Positions 6,639 to 15,141 of a stretch of 32,000 nt of DNA are shown here, one piece after another (the stretch's first letter is position 1; each line of letters begins with the position of its first letter). The stretch lies in contig NC_010631.1 of the NCBI RefSeq assembly GCF_000020025.1, positions 1 to 32,000 on the forward strand, given 5' to 3'. The position numbers and the translations under genes are program-made. A model generated the notes under the pieces. That model did no database searches, was not told the origin of the DNA, and was given only the letters and a program-made list of their open reading frames with translations. This DNA is from Nostoc punctiforme PCC 73102 (GTDB lineage Bacteria > Cyanobacteriota > Cyanobacteriia > Cyanobacteriales > Nostocaceae).

Positions 6639-8024
6639 ATGAGGTATATTATCTCCAGAGAACAATTTCTAGCAGGGGTCAAGGAATTTATAATTTTGTC
6701 TATCTTTGCTCGACGTTTAGTATTCATCCGCCATTTTATCAAGCTAGCATCTATAAATGTGATTTCAAATCTAATGGTTCCGTTGGCAGGACTAATAGAT
6801 GTAATATTTTTAGGTCATTTAACGGAGATTCGTCATTTAGCAGGTGTAGCACTAGCAACAATTTTATTCAATTATATTTATTGGACATTCGGTTTTTTAC
6901 GCATGGGTACAACCGGAATGGTTGCACAGGCCATAGGGCGTAAAGATAACCAATCAGCAGTACTAATTGGTTTACAGCATGGGATTTTAGCACTGATATT
7001 AGGAATCACCATTCTGGTATTTCAACAACCTTTACAAATATTAGGATTTGCGATTCTAAGTGCTACACCAGAAGTTAAAAGTTCTGGTGTTGATTTTTAT
7101 AATGCTTTAATATGGGGTGCCCCAGCAACATTGGTTAACTTTGTCTTGATTGGTTGGTTTCTTGGACAAGCACAAAGTAGTAAAGTGTTGTTGCTTTCAG
7201 TTATTAGCAATAGCACTAATGTACTACTTGATTATCTATTTATTGTTCAGTGGGGATGGTCAAGTAGAGGAGCTGGTTTAGCCACAGCCGCTAGTCAGTA
7301 TCTCATGTTAATAGTAGGTATTTTGCTATATTGTCAAACAATTTCATTTAAACAAATACAAGCTCTAATTGGAGAACTATTTGACCTATCTGCTTTAAAA
7401 CTAGCTTTAATCTTGAATGGAGAAATTATTCTTCGGACTTTCGCTTTAATTTCGACAATGGCGATGTTTAGCAATCTCAGTTCTATGTTAGGAACTGAGA
7501 TTCTGGCGGCAAATACCCTGCTGATGCAAGTGGTGAGCTTGGCAGCATATTTCATTGATGGTTTGGCATTTGCTACTGAAAGCTTGGCGGGAATTTTTCA
7601 AGGTAGTAGAAATATTAGTTCTTTAAAACAACTGTTGCAAATTTCTGTAGTCAGTAGCTTGTTTATAGGATTAATGTTTGCTACTGCATTTATATGTGCC
7701 CCAGAGTCACTGTTAAGATTGCTGACCAATCATCCTGAAATTATCAATAATTTACGCTCTTATATTCCTTGGTTGTTACCAGTTTTAGGTTTTGGCTCAG
7801 TCGCTTATGCACTAGACGGTTATTTTCTTGGGTTGACTCAAGGTCATATACTTCGTCAATCTATGCTGAAAGCCACTTTAATTGGTTTTATTCCATCAGC
7901 AATTACAGCTTGGTATTTCCATAATAGTCATCTACTATGGCTATCAATGTCTTTATTTATGGCAGCAAGAACAATAACTTTGGCATTGTGCGTACCAAAA
8001 ACATTAACTATAAAACAGGAATAA
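6639..8024 (+). CDS. MATE-family efflux transporter (DinF/NorM-like)
   Basis: About 12 hydrophobic helices. N-terminal MATE signature ASINVISNLMVPLAGLIDVIFLGHL, with a duplicated half (EIILRTFALISTMAMFSNLSSMLG). Exact start uncertain. Confidence 0.85.
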   Translation: MRYIISREQFLAGVKEFIILSIFARRLVFIRHFIKLASINVISNLMVPLAGLIDVIFLGHLTEIRHLAGVALATILFNYIYWTFGFLRMGTTGMVAQAIGRKDNQSAVLIGLQHGILALILGITILVFQQPLQILGFAILSATPEVKSSGVDFYNALIWGAPATLVNFVLIGWFLGQAQSSKVLLLSVISNSTNVLLDYLFIVQWGWSSRGAGLATAASQYLMLIVGILLYCQTISFKQIQALIGELFDLSALKLALILNGEIILRTFALISTMAMFSNLSSMLGTEILAANTLLMQVVSLAAYFIDGLAFATESLAGIFQGSRNISSLKQLLQISVVSSLFIGLMFATAFICAPESLLRLLTNHPEIINNLRSYIPWLLPVLGFGSVAYALDGYFLGLTQGHILRQSMLKATLIGFIPSAITAWYFHNSHLLWLSMSLFMAARTITLALCVPKTLTIKQE

Positions 8025-8305
8025 CTATACATTAATTTACATTCAGAGGAAATACGTGTTGTCGATAATAAGTCCTCATACCAAATCTATGTGAGCCTGC
8101 ATAGAATAATTCCTTTGCCTGGTATGGAGTCTCAAATGCTTTATTCTGTACATCTTCATAGAGAATTGGTATTACGAGTTTGCTTTTCCCTTATTATATG
8201 TAGCTTCATATTAAATTGGTATAAGGGAGAAAGTATTAGTTGAAAAGCTGATATTTCATCTTCTTACTTCTCCCCCCTGTTTGTTAATTCGTATTAGATG
8301 TAAAT

Positions 8306-9058
8306 ATGGAAATCGCACTTCAACTTTCCCAAATTAGCAAGTCTTATGGTTCTCACCAAGCCGTGAACAATCTTAGCTTGCAGATTACAGAAGGTTCATT
8401 TTATGCTCTTTTAGGCCCCAACGGTGCAGGAAAAACCACTACTCTACGAATGATTGCAGGGTTACTACGACCAGATAAGGGCGATGTTATGATTCTAGGT
8501 CATAGTATCAGGCGAGCGCCTCAAAAAGCCAAGCAAACTTTAGCATATCTACCTGATGAACCGCTAATTTACAATAAACTGCGCCCTATGGAGTATTTAG
8601 AGTTTATTGCTGGACTTTGGGGAATTAATCCTCCTAAAGCTCAAATCTTAGCCCAAGAAATTCTCAAACAATTAAACTTGTGGAATCACAGAGGAGATTT
8701 GAGCGAAACTTTTTCGCGAGGGATGAAACAAAAACTTGCTTTAGCAGGGGCATTAATTCATCAACCGAGAATTCTTATCTTAGATGAACCGTTAACAGGA
8801 TTAGATGCAGCCGCAGCCCGCTTAGTCAAGAATATGCTTGCTGAATATGTAAATCAAGGTAACACGGTAATTTTAACTACCCATATCATGGAAATTGCCG
8901 AGCGTATGGCGCAGCGAATTGGGATTATTAATCATGGACGCTTGATCGCCGAAGGAACTTTAGACGAACTTAGAACTCAAAGTGGTGAAGCAGGCGCTAG
9001 TTTGGAGACAGTTTTTTTAGAATTGACTCAAAATCATGATGTTGAAGGTGCAATATGA
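8306..9058 (+). CDS. ABC transporter ATP-binding protein
   Basis: Walker A GPNGAGKTT, signature-like FSRGMKQKLALA and Walker B ILILDEP. Confidence 0.9.
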   Translation: MEIALQLSQISKSYGSHQAVNNLSLQITEGSFYALLGPNGAGKTTTLRMIAGLLRPDKGDVMILGHSIRRAPQKAKQTLAYLPDEPLIYNKLRPMEYLEFIAGLWGINPPKAQILAQEILKQLNLWNHRGDLSETFSRGMKQKLALAGALIHQPRILILDEPLTGLDAAAARLVKNMLAEYVNQGNTVILTTHIMEIAERMAQRIGIINHGRLIAEGTLDELRTQSGEAGASLETVFLELTQNHDVEGAI

Positions 9059-10584
9059 AAGTAGGTACATTACATTGGATTGTTCATCATGAATTACGTT
9101 TGTGGTGGCGTGAAAATACTGTTAGACCTGTAACGATATTTATTGGCAGCATTTCTGTAATTTTGCTTTTAATTTGGGTATGGTTTACGCTGGATGATTT
9201 TCAAGACGTTAAATCGTTTCAGACTATACCAGAGAATGCTTTGTGGATTGCGGTAGTAGTCTGGTTGTTTGGATTTTATTATGGCTTTATCCAAGCTATG
9301 AGAGGTAGCTTGGTGGGGTTATTTGAACGCGGAGATTTGGATTTACTTATATCATCGCCAATTTCAAGTAAAGTGATTTTTGCAAGTCGGGTGTTAGCAA
9401 TTGCCCTGAAAAATTTTTTCAGTGGTTGTTTATTTGTAATTCCTGTAAGTTTAATTGCTATATTATCTGGTATTCCTCAACTTTTAGGGCTTTACCCGGC
9501 TTGGATTAGTATTAATTTAAGCGCCACATGTTTAGCAATGTTGTTTGTTTTAGTGCTAGTTCGTGTTGTAGGTGCAAAGCGGGCACGGACTTTCGCTCAA
9601 GTTCTGACAGCTTTATTTCCAATTACAATATATTTGAGTTCTCAATTACCTAATTTTCTCAAAGGTAGTAGTAGTACAGAATCGATTTGGTTTCGATTAG
9701 AACATTTACTCGCGTCAGGAAACTTTTTGAGTGCAAATAGTTGGGTTTGGTTCCCTGCGAGAGCTATTTTCTTTGATCCTCTGTCAGTAGCGCTAGTGCT
9801 AATAATTAGTAGTGGTTTGACGTGGGTAACGGTGGAAATCTTACATTTTTCTTTTATCGCAGGTACACAACAGGAACTTACAAGTAAACATCATCAACTA
9901 CGCCCTACCCAAGCAAGTCGCTTTGTGGTTGGCGGTTTGTATCGTGTTGCTTTACTTAAAGAATGGCGAATTATGTGGCGGAATCCTTATTTATTTTCGC
10001 GTATCTTTTTGCAAATATTTTTTATCACATTCCCATTTCTAAGTGTGTTACGACAACATCACGGTCATGGTGTTGACCTTTTAACTTTAACTTGGCCAAT
10101 AAGTTTGGTATTTGGGCAAGCTTTGACATCAACTTTAACCCAAATTTGCATTTCTGGAGAAGAAGCACCAGACTTGCTTAAAGCTTCCCCAGTAGACAGA
10201 GGAAAGTTACGTCAATTGAAGTTGTTAGCAGCATTGATTCCGATTTGGTTGCTCATGTCACCGCTATTTATTGTTTTGATAGTTAATAGTAAATCGTGGT
10301 TTATAGCAATAGTTATTTTTTTAGTTTGTACTACTTGTGCAGCAACTCTAAGTATGTGGAATTCTCGCCCTGTCAAGTTGGCAGAATCGTTTCGACAGCG
10401 ACAAAATAGCCAAGTGAGTGTATTGTTAAAGTTACTCGAAATTATTTCCTGGTTATCTTGGGGATGGTTAGGATTTAGTTTGCAGCAAGGTCATTTACAC
10501 ACCGTTTTGATTTTTTTGGCGGTGATTGGTTTAGTTGTGGCATTAGCTGTTGCAATACACAAACAAAAAACTATTTTGGAATAG
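9055..10584 (+). CDS. Polytopic membrane protein, putative permease partner of the ABC ATPase
   Basis: ATGA start/stop overlap with the ATPase gene. Many hydrophobic helices over 509 aa. Confidence 0.75.
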   Translation: MKVGTLHWIVHHELRLWWRENTVRPVTIFIGSISVILLLIWVWFTLDDFQDVKSFQTIPENALWIAVVVWLFGFYYGFIQAMRGSLVGLFERGDLDLLISSPISSKVIFASRVLAIALKNFFSGCLFVIPVSLIAILSGIPQLLGLYPAWISINLSATCLAMLFVLVLVRVVGAKRARTFAQVLTALFPITIYLSSQLPNFLKGSSSTESIWFRLEHLLASGNFLSANSWVWFPARAIFFDPLSVALVLIISSGLTWVTVEILHFSFIAGTQQELTSKHHQLRPTQASRFVVGGLYRVALLKEWRIMWRNPYLFSRIFLQIFFITFPFLSVLRQHHGHGVDLLTLTWPISLVFGQALTSTLTQICISGEEAPDLLKASPVDRGKLRQLKLLAALIPIWLLMSPLFIVLIVNSKSWFIAIVIFLVCTTCAATLSMWNSRPVKLAESFRQRQNSQVSVLLKLLEIISWLSWGWLGFSLQQGHLHTVLIFLAVIGLVVALAVAIHKQKTILE

Positions 10585-11836
10585 TGATCGCGTTAATCAC
10601 ATTGCTTTTCCCTTTTCCCCTCTTGCTACTACCTTGTGTCACCTTGGATTCTGACTCTGCCTTACTGGAGTTAACCATTTTCACCAAGTGCTGATTTAGA
10701 TAACTCTGCGCTGAGATATACAAACTTTCCCAAATCTCTTGATTGCGGCTGATTTTTGTCCCGACTGTATTTCCTGCTGTTTTCTCCGACACCAAGTATT
10801 TACGGAAATAGTTATTCCACAAGTGTTGGAGGAAATCTTCGGCGAATTCGTTAAACGGCAGAATCCATTTATAGTCCTTGTCTAGAAATACCCGATAGGA
10901 CGCAATTATCGGTAGTGCCAAGTCGGTTGGCGCACCAAACCCGAATGAATACTTACTGTCCGGCAATAACGTCGTTTTACGTATATCTACTGATGCTAAA
11001 TCGTTAGCACCTTTTCTTCTGGGGTTGCTGATATATTCTTGGATTATTTCGTAGAGTCTTTGCTCTATCCACAGGGCGTGAGTCAAGAGAGGCAAAAGTG
11101 CAGTTAATCTTTCCCTTTCTGCGTCTATGATGTTACTTGGAAGACTCATTCCTGCTGGGTGTTTGGTTCGTTTATTGCCGTCAGGGTTGTATTTATTTCT
11201 GTCAAGGCAGTAAAGCAGCTTGAGCAGATGGGTGACATTACACTGAGCGTTTCTGGGAGCGCCGCTTTGGTTTTGGTAATAAGCGATGCGGAATTTTCTA
11301 TCTTCTTTCTGTTCTAACTGAGCTAAATACTGCTTGATAAATTTGTAATCACCCCTAGCGTTGACTTTGGAGCGCGAATCTACTGGCGTTGTAGTATTTG
11401 AAGCTAGGGCTATATCTTTAGCTGATTCTTCAGTCAGTCCGATGTGAATCGTAACTTTTACTCTGGCTTCGGTTAAATCGTATTTGTAATTTTTCGCTTG
11501 CTCAAAAGCTAAAACTGTATGTCCTCCGTTGATAATACCGTCGCTACCTCCCTCGTTAGCTTCTAAAATTTCTAATTCTAGTTCAGTTTTGTTCTTGATA
11601 GGCTTAACTTTATTGGCTGACAGAACGATTCCACTGTGGCGAGAGAAGAATTTTCCAGGTTCGGTGGTCAGTGAATCGAACATTTGTCTGTAGGTCGCGC
11701 TTTTACGGTTCGGTTCCCTGATGTTCGGTTCTAGGGGTAGGTCTGTCGGGAACGAATCTACATGAGCAGTGGCGATGATGCAATTTGGATTGGCTTGAAA
11801 ATAGTTATCTATTTTAATATTCCAAGTCTTGGGCAT
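10571..11836 (-). CDS. AIPR-like protein (abortive-infection phage-resistance family, PF10592-like), 421 aa
   Basis: The N-terminal pattern NIREPNRKSATYRQMFDSL...FFSRHSGIVLSA...DGIINGGHT resembles the AIPR core (NVR...NnGit...NGxQT). The family call comes from memory of motifs only. The ORF itself is solid. Confidence 0.5.
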   Translation of the reverse strand: MPKTWNIKIDNYFQANPNCIIATAHVDSFPTDLPLEPNIREPNRKSATYRQMFDSLTTEPGKFFSRHSGIVLSANKVKPIKNKTELELEILEANEGGSDGIINGGHTVLAFEQAKNYKYDLTEARVKVTIHIGLTEESAKDIALASNTTTPVDSRSKVNARGDYKFIKQYLAQLEQKEDRKFRIAYYQNQSGAPRNAQCNVTHLLKLLYCLDRNKYNPDGNKRTKHPAGMSLPSNIIDAERERLTALLPLLTHALWIEQRLYEIIQEYISNPRRKGANDLASVDIRKTTLLPDSKYSFGFGAPTDLALPIIASYRVFLDKDYKWILPFNEFAEDFLQHLWNNYFRKYLVSEKTAGNTVGTKISRNQEIWESLYISAQSYLNQHLVKMVNSSKAESESKVTQGSSKRGKGKSNVINAITIPK

Positions 11837-12156
11837 ACTTTATTTAATTTCTTGGTCAGTGGAATTTCTATGTTAACCAAAACCCTGACCCTGATATTGC
11901 TTTCTCGAAACGCTCAGTACCTTTAAACATTGGATTACAGCATATCTCAGCATCTGGGTAGTCAAATTATTTGAAAGAGCGGTAGAGCCGACACGCCTGA
12001 AAAGCCAAAATTCACAGCAACATTATGCTTAATCTGTACAGTGCCTAAATCCTAGTTTAGATAAAGAGTACTTAAACTCTTCATGTTTAAGCGCTCCCCT
12101 TATGGAAAGCTATTTTCAATTATAAACAACAGCTTAGTTGCTGTTCATATCTACAA

Positions 12157-12197
12157 AACTAACTTAAGGTAGACTATTATTCATACTTAAGTTAGTT
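12157..12197. repeat. Perfect 12-bp inverted repeat AACTAACTTAAG (12157-12168) / CTTAAGTTAGTT (12186-12197) with a 17-nt spacer
   Basis: Read directly. It lies in the 505-bp non-coding region upstream of the AIPR-like gene. Confidence 0.7.
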
Positions 12198-12341
12198 GCA
12201 AAAAGTGCTAATGTTAAAAAGTTTTCAAAAACATTCATAACTAGGCTTGACCAGTTAGTTTCACTAAAACGTATTTATACCTGTTCTCATTATGAGAATG
12301 ACTGCTTTACTAATATTCAGCAAGCGCAACTGCACAGTACC

Positions 12342-12533
12342 ATGACTACCACTAAAATTCATTCAGTTGTCTGTACTCAATCTCATGTTTTAGTCGTATT
12401 TTACACTAGAGCTAAATGCTGGCAGTTTCGGATTATTAGCCCCGATGGTACGGTATTCGGTGACTATCCGATTTACTATAGTGCTGAAGCAGCAGCAAAA
12501 GCTGGGCGTGATTCGATTTATCAAAACCGTTGA
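12342..12533 (+). CDS. Possible small protein, 63 aa
   Basis: Isolated ORF with no clear ribosome-binding site. The segment WQFRIISPDGTVFGDYPIYYSAEAAAKAG is faintly YegP/DUF1508-like. Confidence 0.3.
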   Translation: MTTTKIHSVVCTQSHVLVVFYTRAKCWQFRIISPDGTVFGDYPIYYSAEAAAKAGRDSIYQNR

Positions 12534-13022
12534 AGTGTTTAATTCATTCGGTGGCAATCCCAGTCTGAAAAGCACTTTCATCGCACTAGCAGGAGAGCCA
12601 TCACCCGTCAATACTTTTCGGTTAAGAATTAAGAAGCAGTAAGTAAGTTGTAGAGAAAATTTATAAGTAAGCCGTGGGAAAATTTTATAAGTATGTAACA
12701 AACAATTAAGCAGAAGAATTAGAGTTAAATCTTATACAGTGTGTACTGTTGCACCTTAAAATGTACCCTCCCAAATTACCGAATATACTGTTGCTAATGA
12801 TTCTACGTTTTACCAAGGTGACGACAGGGATTTCGGTAATCCTAAAAAATATTCATATTCGACAGTTGTAAATAGAGATAATTACTCTTGTTTGCGCCCG
12901 TGATTTTATCGCCTCAATTAGTTTTTTCTCCCTTCGCCCAGGAAGTTGATATTTAACGGGGGTAGGCTCATGGCTATACATGGTTTGCCAAGCTACCTAA
13001 ATCTTGCTACTTAATTGATATT

Positions 13023-13274
13023 CTACCCCTCAATACCTTTCCCACTCTTGTAGGTCATAGCCCTGGGTTTCCTTTTGCCTATAGGCACTACTTTCGATTG
13101 CTTAGGTGCCTGTGGCGGACGGCATTGCTCACAGTAGAGTGGTCGAACACCAAAGGTTTCTCGTTGTGTGGGTTGTTCGCACTGCTTACATACGAAGTTG
13201 AAAACGCGGGTGTGAATTTCCCGCTTGTGCGCTCTGACGGTGTACTCTTTGACATCAATAATTTTGCTGGGCAT
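13023..13274 (-). CDS. Small zinc-ribbon protein, 83 aa (CKQC...CEQC) with a basic C-terminal tail
   Basis: Two CxxC pairs. Same strand as the reconstructed sigma gene and 92 nt downstream of its stop. Confidence 0.5.
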   Translation of the reverse strand: MPSKIIDVKEYTVRAHKREIHTRVFNFVCKQCEQPTQRETFGVRPLYCEQCRPPQAPKQSKVVPIGKRKPRAMTYKSGKGIEG

Positions 13275-13366
13275 TGATTGATTACTGTTGTGTCCTTACT
13301 TCTTTAATATAGTTTTTCATCTTAGTTCTGCAAGATCCGTGCGTCATCTGACTAAAGTAATTTTAC

Positions 13367-13479
13367 TTAATCAAATAAATACTCTTGGATGTCATTGCGC
13401 TGACGACGGAGAATACCTATCGCCTTGACTTGGATTTGACGAATCCTCTCTCGGCTTAGGTTTAGCTCTTTACCAATTT
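13367..13479 (-). pseudogene. Detached 3' end of the sigma-70 gene (region 4.2): GKELNLSRERIRQIQVKAIGILRRQRNDIQEYLFD plus stop
   Basis: Translating the minus strand gives the canonical region 4.2 helix-turn-helix. It joins in frame to 18303-19145 once the transposon and one AATTT copy are removed. Confidence 0.85.
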
Positions 13480-13528
13480 GGGGTAAATATAGCGAAGCTG
13501 TCACCAGGGGCAAGATAGGCTGAAAGTA
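13480..13528. repeat. Left terminal inverted repeat of the Tn3-family transposon
   Basis: Exact reverse complement of 18254-18302. Confidence 0.9.
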
Positions 13529-13560
13529 TTGTGGAGTCTGGGTTTGAGAAAAAGAGTTGA

Positions 13561-14028
13561 TTATTGGATTTTAGCGGTTTTGACAGGCGTTTTATAAGCA
13601 CAGCCACAAATTGGACAAAATCGGTGTCTCAAAGACAACACCAACTCACCGCAATTCGCACAGTTAGCTCGAATCGGTGTACCGCAGAGATAACAAAACT
13701 TGGCTTTGATATGACTCCACATAGGGTCAACCGCCGCGCCAGGATTCCAACATTGGGGACAAAACTTAACCCCTCTAACCTGAGATACTTCCTCACCCTT
13801 GATCACAGCATCAAAATATTCTTGAGGTACGCCAAGTGCGATCGCTAACCCTTGAAGTGTCCTACGATTAATTTTAAGCGTAAGTCCTCGCTCGATTTTC
13901 CCGACAGAGCGTCCATGTATACCAGCAGCATCCGCCAACTCAGACTGAGTTAAATTGAGTTTCTTCCTGACCCGTGACACGTAACTAGCAAGGGATTCAT
14001 CGCTATTGGGAGTTTTAAAAGTATCCAT
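13561..14028 (-). CDS. XRE-family HTH protein with a C-terminal double zinc ribbon, 155 aa (transposon passenger or regulator)
   Basis: HTH segment LTQSELADAAGIHGRSVGKIERG. C-terminal cysteine pairs CPQC, CYLC, CANC and CPIC. Confidence 0.8.
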   Translation of the reverse strand: MDTFKTPNSDESLASYVSRVRKKLNLTQSELADAAGIHGRSVGKIERGLTLKINRRTLQGLAIALGVPQEYFDAVIKGEEVSQVRGVKFCPQCWNPGAAVDPMWSHIKAKFCYLCGTPIRANCANCGELVLSLRHRFCPICGCAYKTPVKTAKIQ

Positions 14029-14105
14029 AAAAAGCTCAGGGCTAACTCATAAAAAGATATATAATTTATCAATAAAAAACCAAGCGAGAGAATACAGAAA
14101 CAACC

Positions 14106-15020
14106 GTGAAATCGGCTGTAACTTTAGCCACTGTCACGACCGAATTTCTAGAGCGTCCTGGTCTAGCACCAAGTACTAGAGAAACCTATGAACTGACCCT
14201 CGGACTTTTACTGCAAAAGTATGGAAGTTGGTCAATAGAAATTATCAGTAAGCAAACATTAGTTGAGTATCTAAATAATCTCAGTCATTTAAAATACACA
14301 ACACACCACAAGCATCAAGCAATATTACAAAGTTTGCTTAACTTTGCAGTAGAACAAGGGTATATAAAATCCAACCCTATCCGGGGACTAAAACAACGTC
14401 TACCTGAAAGAGAGAAAGGCGAACATAAAAGCGACGAGACAATAAGATATCTAACACAATCACAACTAAATATACTATATTCTGCCGTAAAAGATGACTT
14501 ACGTCTAAGTACGATAGTTCATTTACTGCATCGCACAGGATGCAGAATAGGAGAGCTTTTAGCCCTAAACATAGATTCTGTAGATATCAAGAACCAGAAA
14601 TTTCAAGTATTAGGTAAAGGCAACAAACAACGCTGGTGTTTTTACAGTGATGACGCAGCCTCAATGCTTGCTAAATACTTGAAATACTCACGGCATCAAA
14701 ATACGAATGCCTTGTTTACAGCACAACATCCAGTTACCCGAAAAGTAAGTAGAATCAGCTACCATACATTGCATGATTATTGGCGGGAGACAACCAATAA
14801 GTATCCACACCTTCAAGGAGTTCGCATTCACGATTTACGACATACATTTGCTACAGAACGAGTGGGGTTAATCAGTATTGAGGAATTATGCTCATTAATG
14901 GGACATGAAAGCATTCAAACAACTTTACGTTACGCTAAAGTCACCTCACAGAAATCAGAATCAGCTGCACGTCATGCCTTGAATATACTGATTAATTCCG
15001 ACCAAAAAGCTGACCTTTAG
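14106..15020 (+). CDS. Tyrosine recombinase (XerC/D-like), likely the cointegrate resolvase of the transposon (TnpI-like role)
   Basis: GTG start. Catalytic context HRTGCRIGEL, IHDLRHTFAT and GHESIQTTLRYAK. Confidence 0.85.
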   Translation: MKSAVTLATVTTEFLERPGLAPSTRETYELTLGLLLQKYGSWSIEIISKQTLVEYLNNLSHLKYTTHHKHQAILQSLLNFAVEQGYIKSNPIRGLKQRLPEREKGEHKSDETIRYLTQSQLNILYSAVKDDLRLSTIVHLLHRTGCRIGELLALNIDSVDIKNQKFQVLGKGNKQRWCFYSDDAASMLAKYLKYSRHQNTNALFTAQHPVTRKVSRISYHTLHDYWRETTNKYPHLQGVRIHDLRHTFATERVGLISIEELCSLMGHESIQTTLRYAKVTSQKSESAARHALNILINSDQKADL

Positions 15021-15141
15021 GGCAATTATATAGAATCACTCAGTTCCAGTATGTTTTTCATCGAGAAACAGCATTTTATCTCAGTTAAAGATTGTTACCC
15101 CAAAGAAGATAGAATACTGTTTGGTTGAAGAGTGAGACTTA

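Noticed and set aside
6151-6943. ORFs 6151-6333 (+) and 6605-6943 (+)
   Set aside because: The first is a short, AT-rich intergenic ORF with no ribosome-binding site. The second is an out-of-frame overlap of the MATE gene start.
12390-12701. ORFs 12390-12701 (-) and 12445-12642 (+)
   Set aside because: They overlap each other, have low-complexity translations and lack start context. The region is treated as non-coding.
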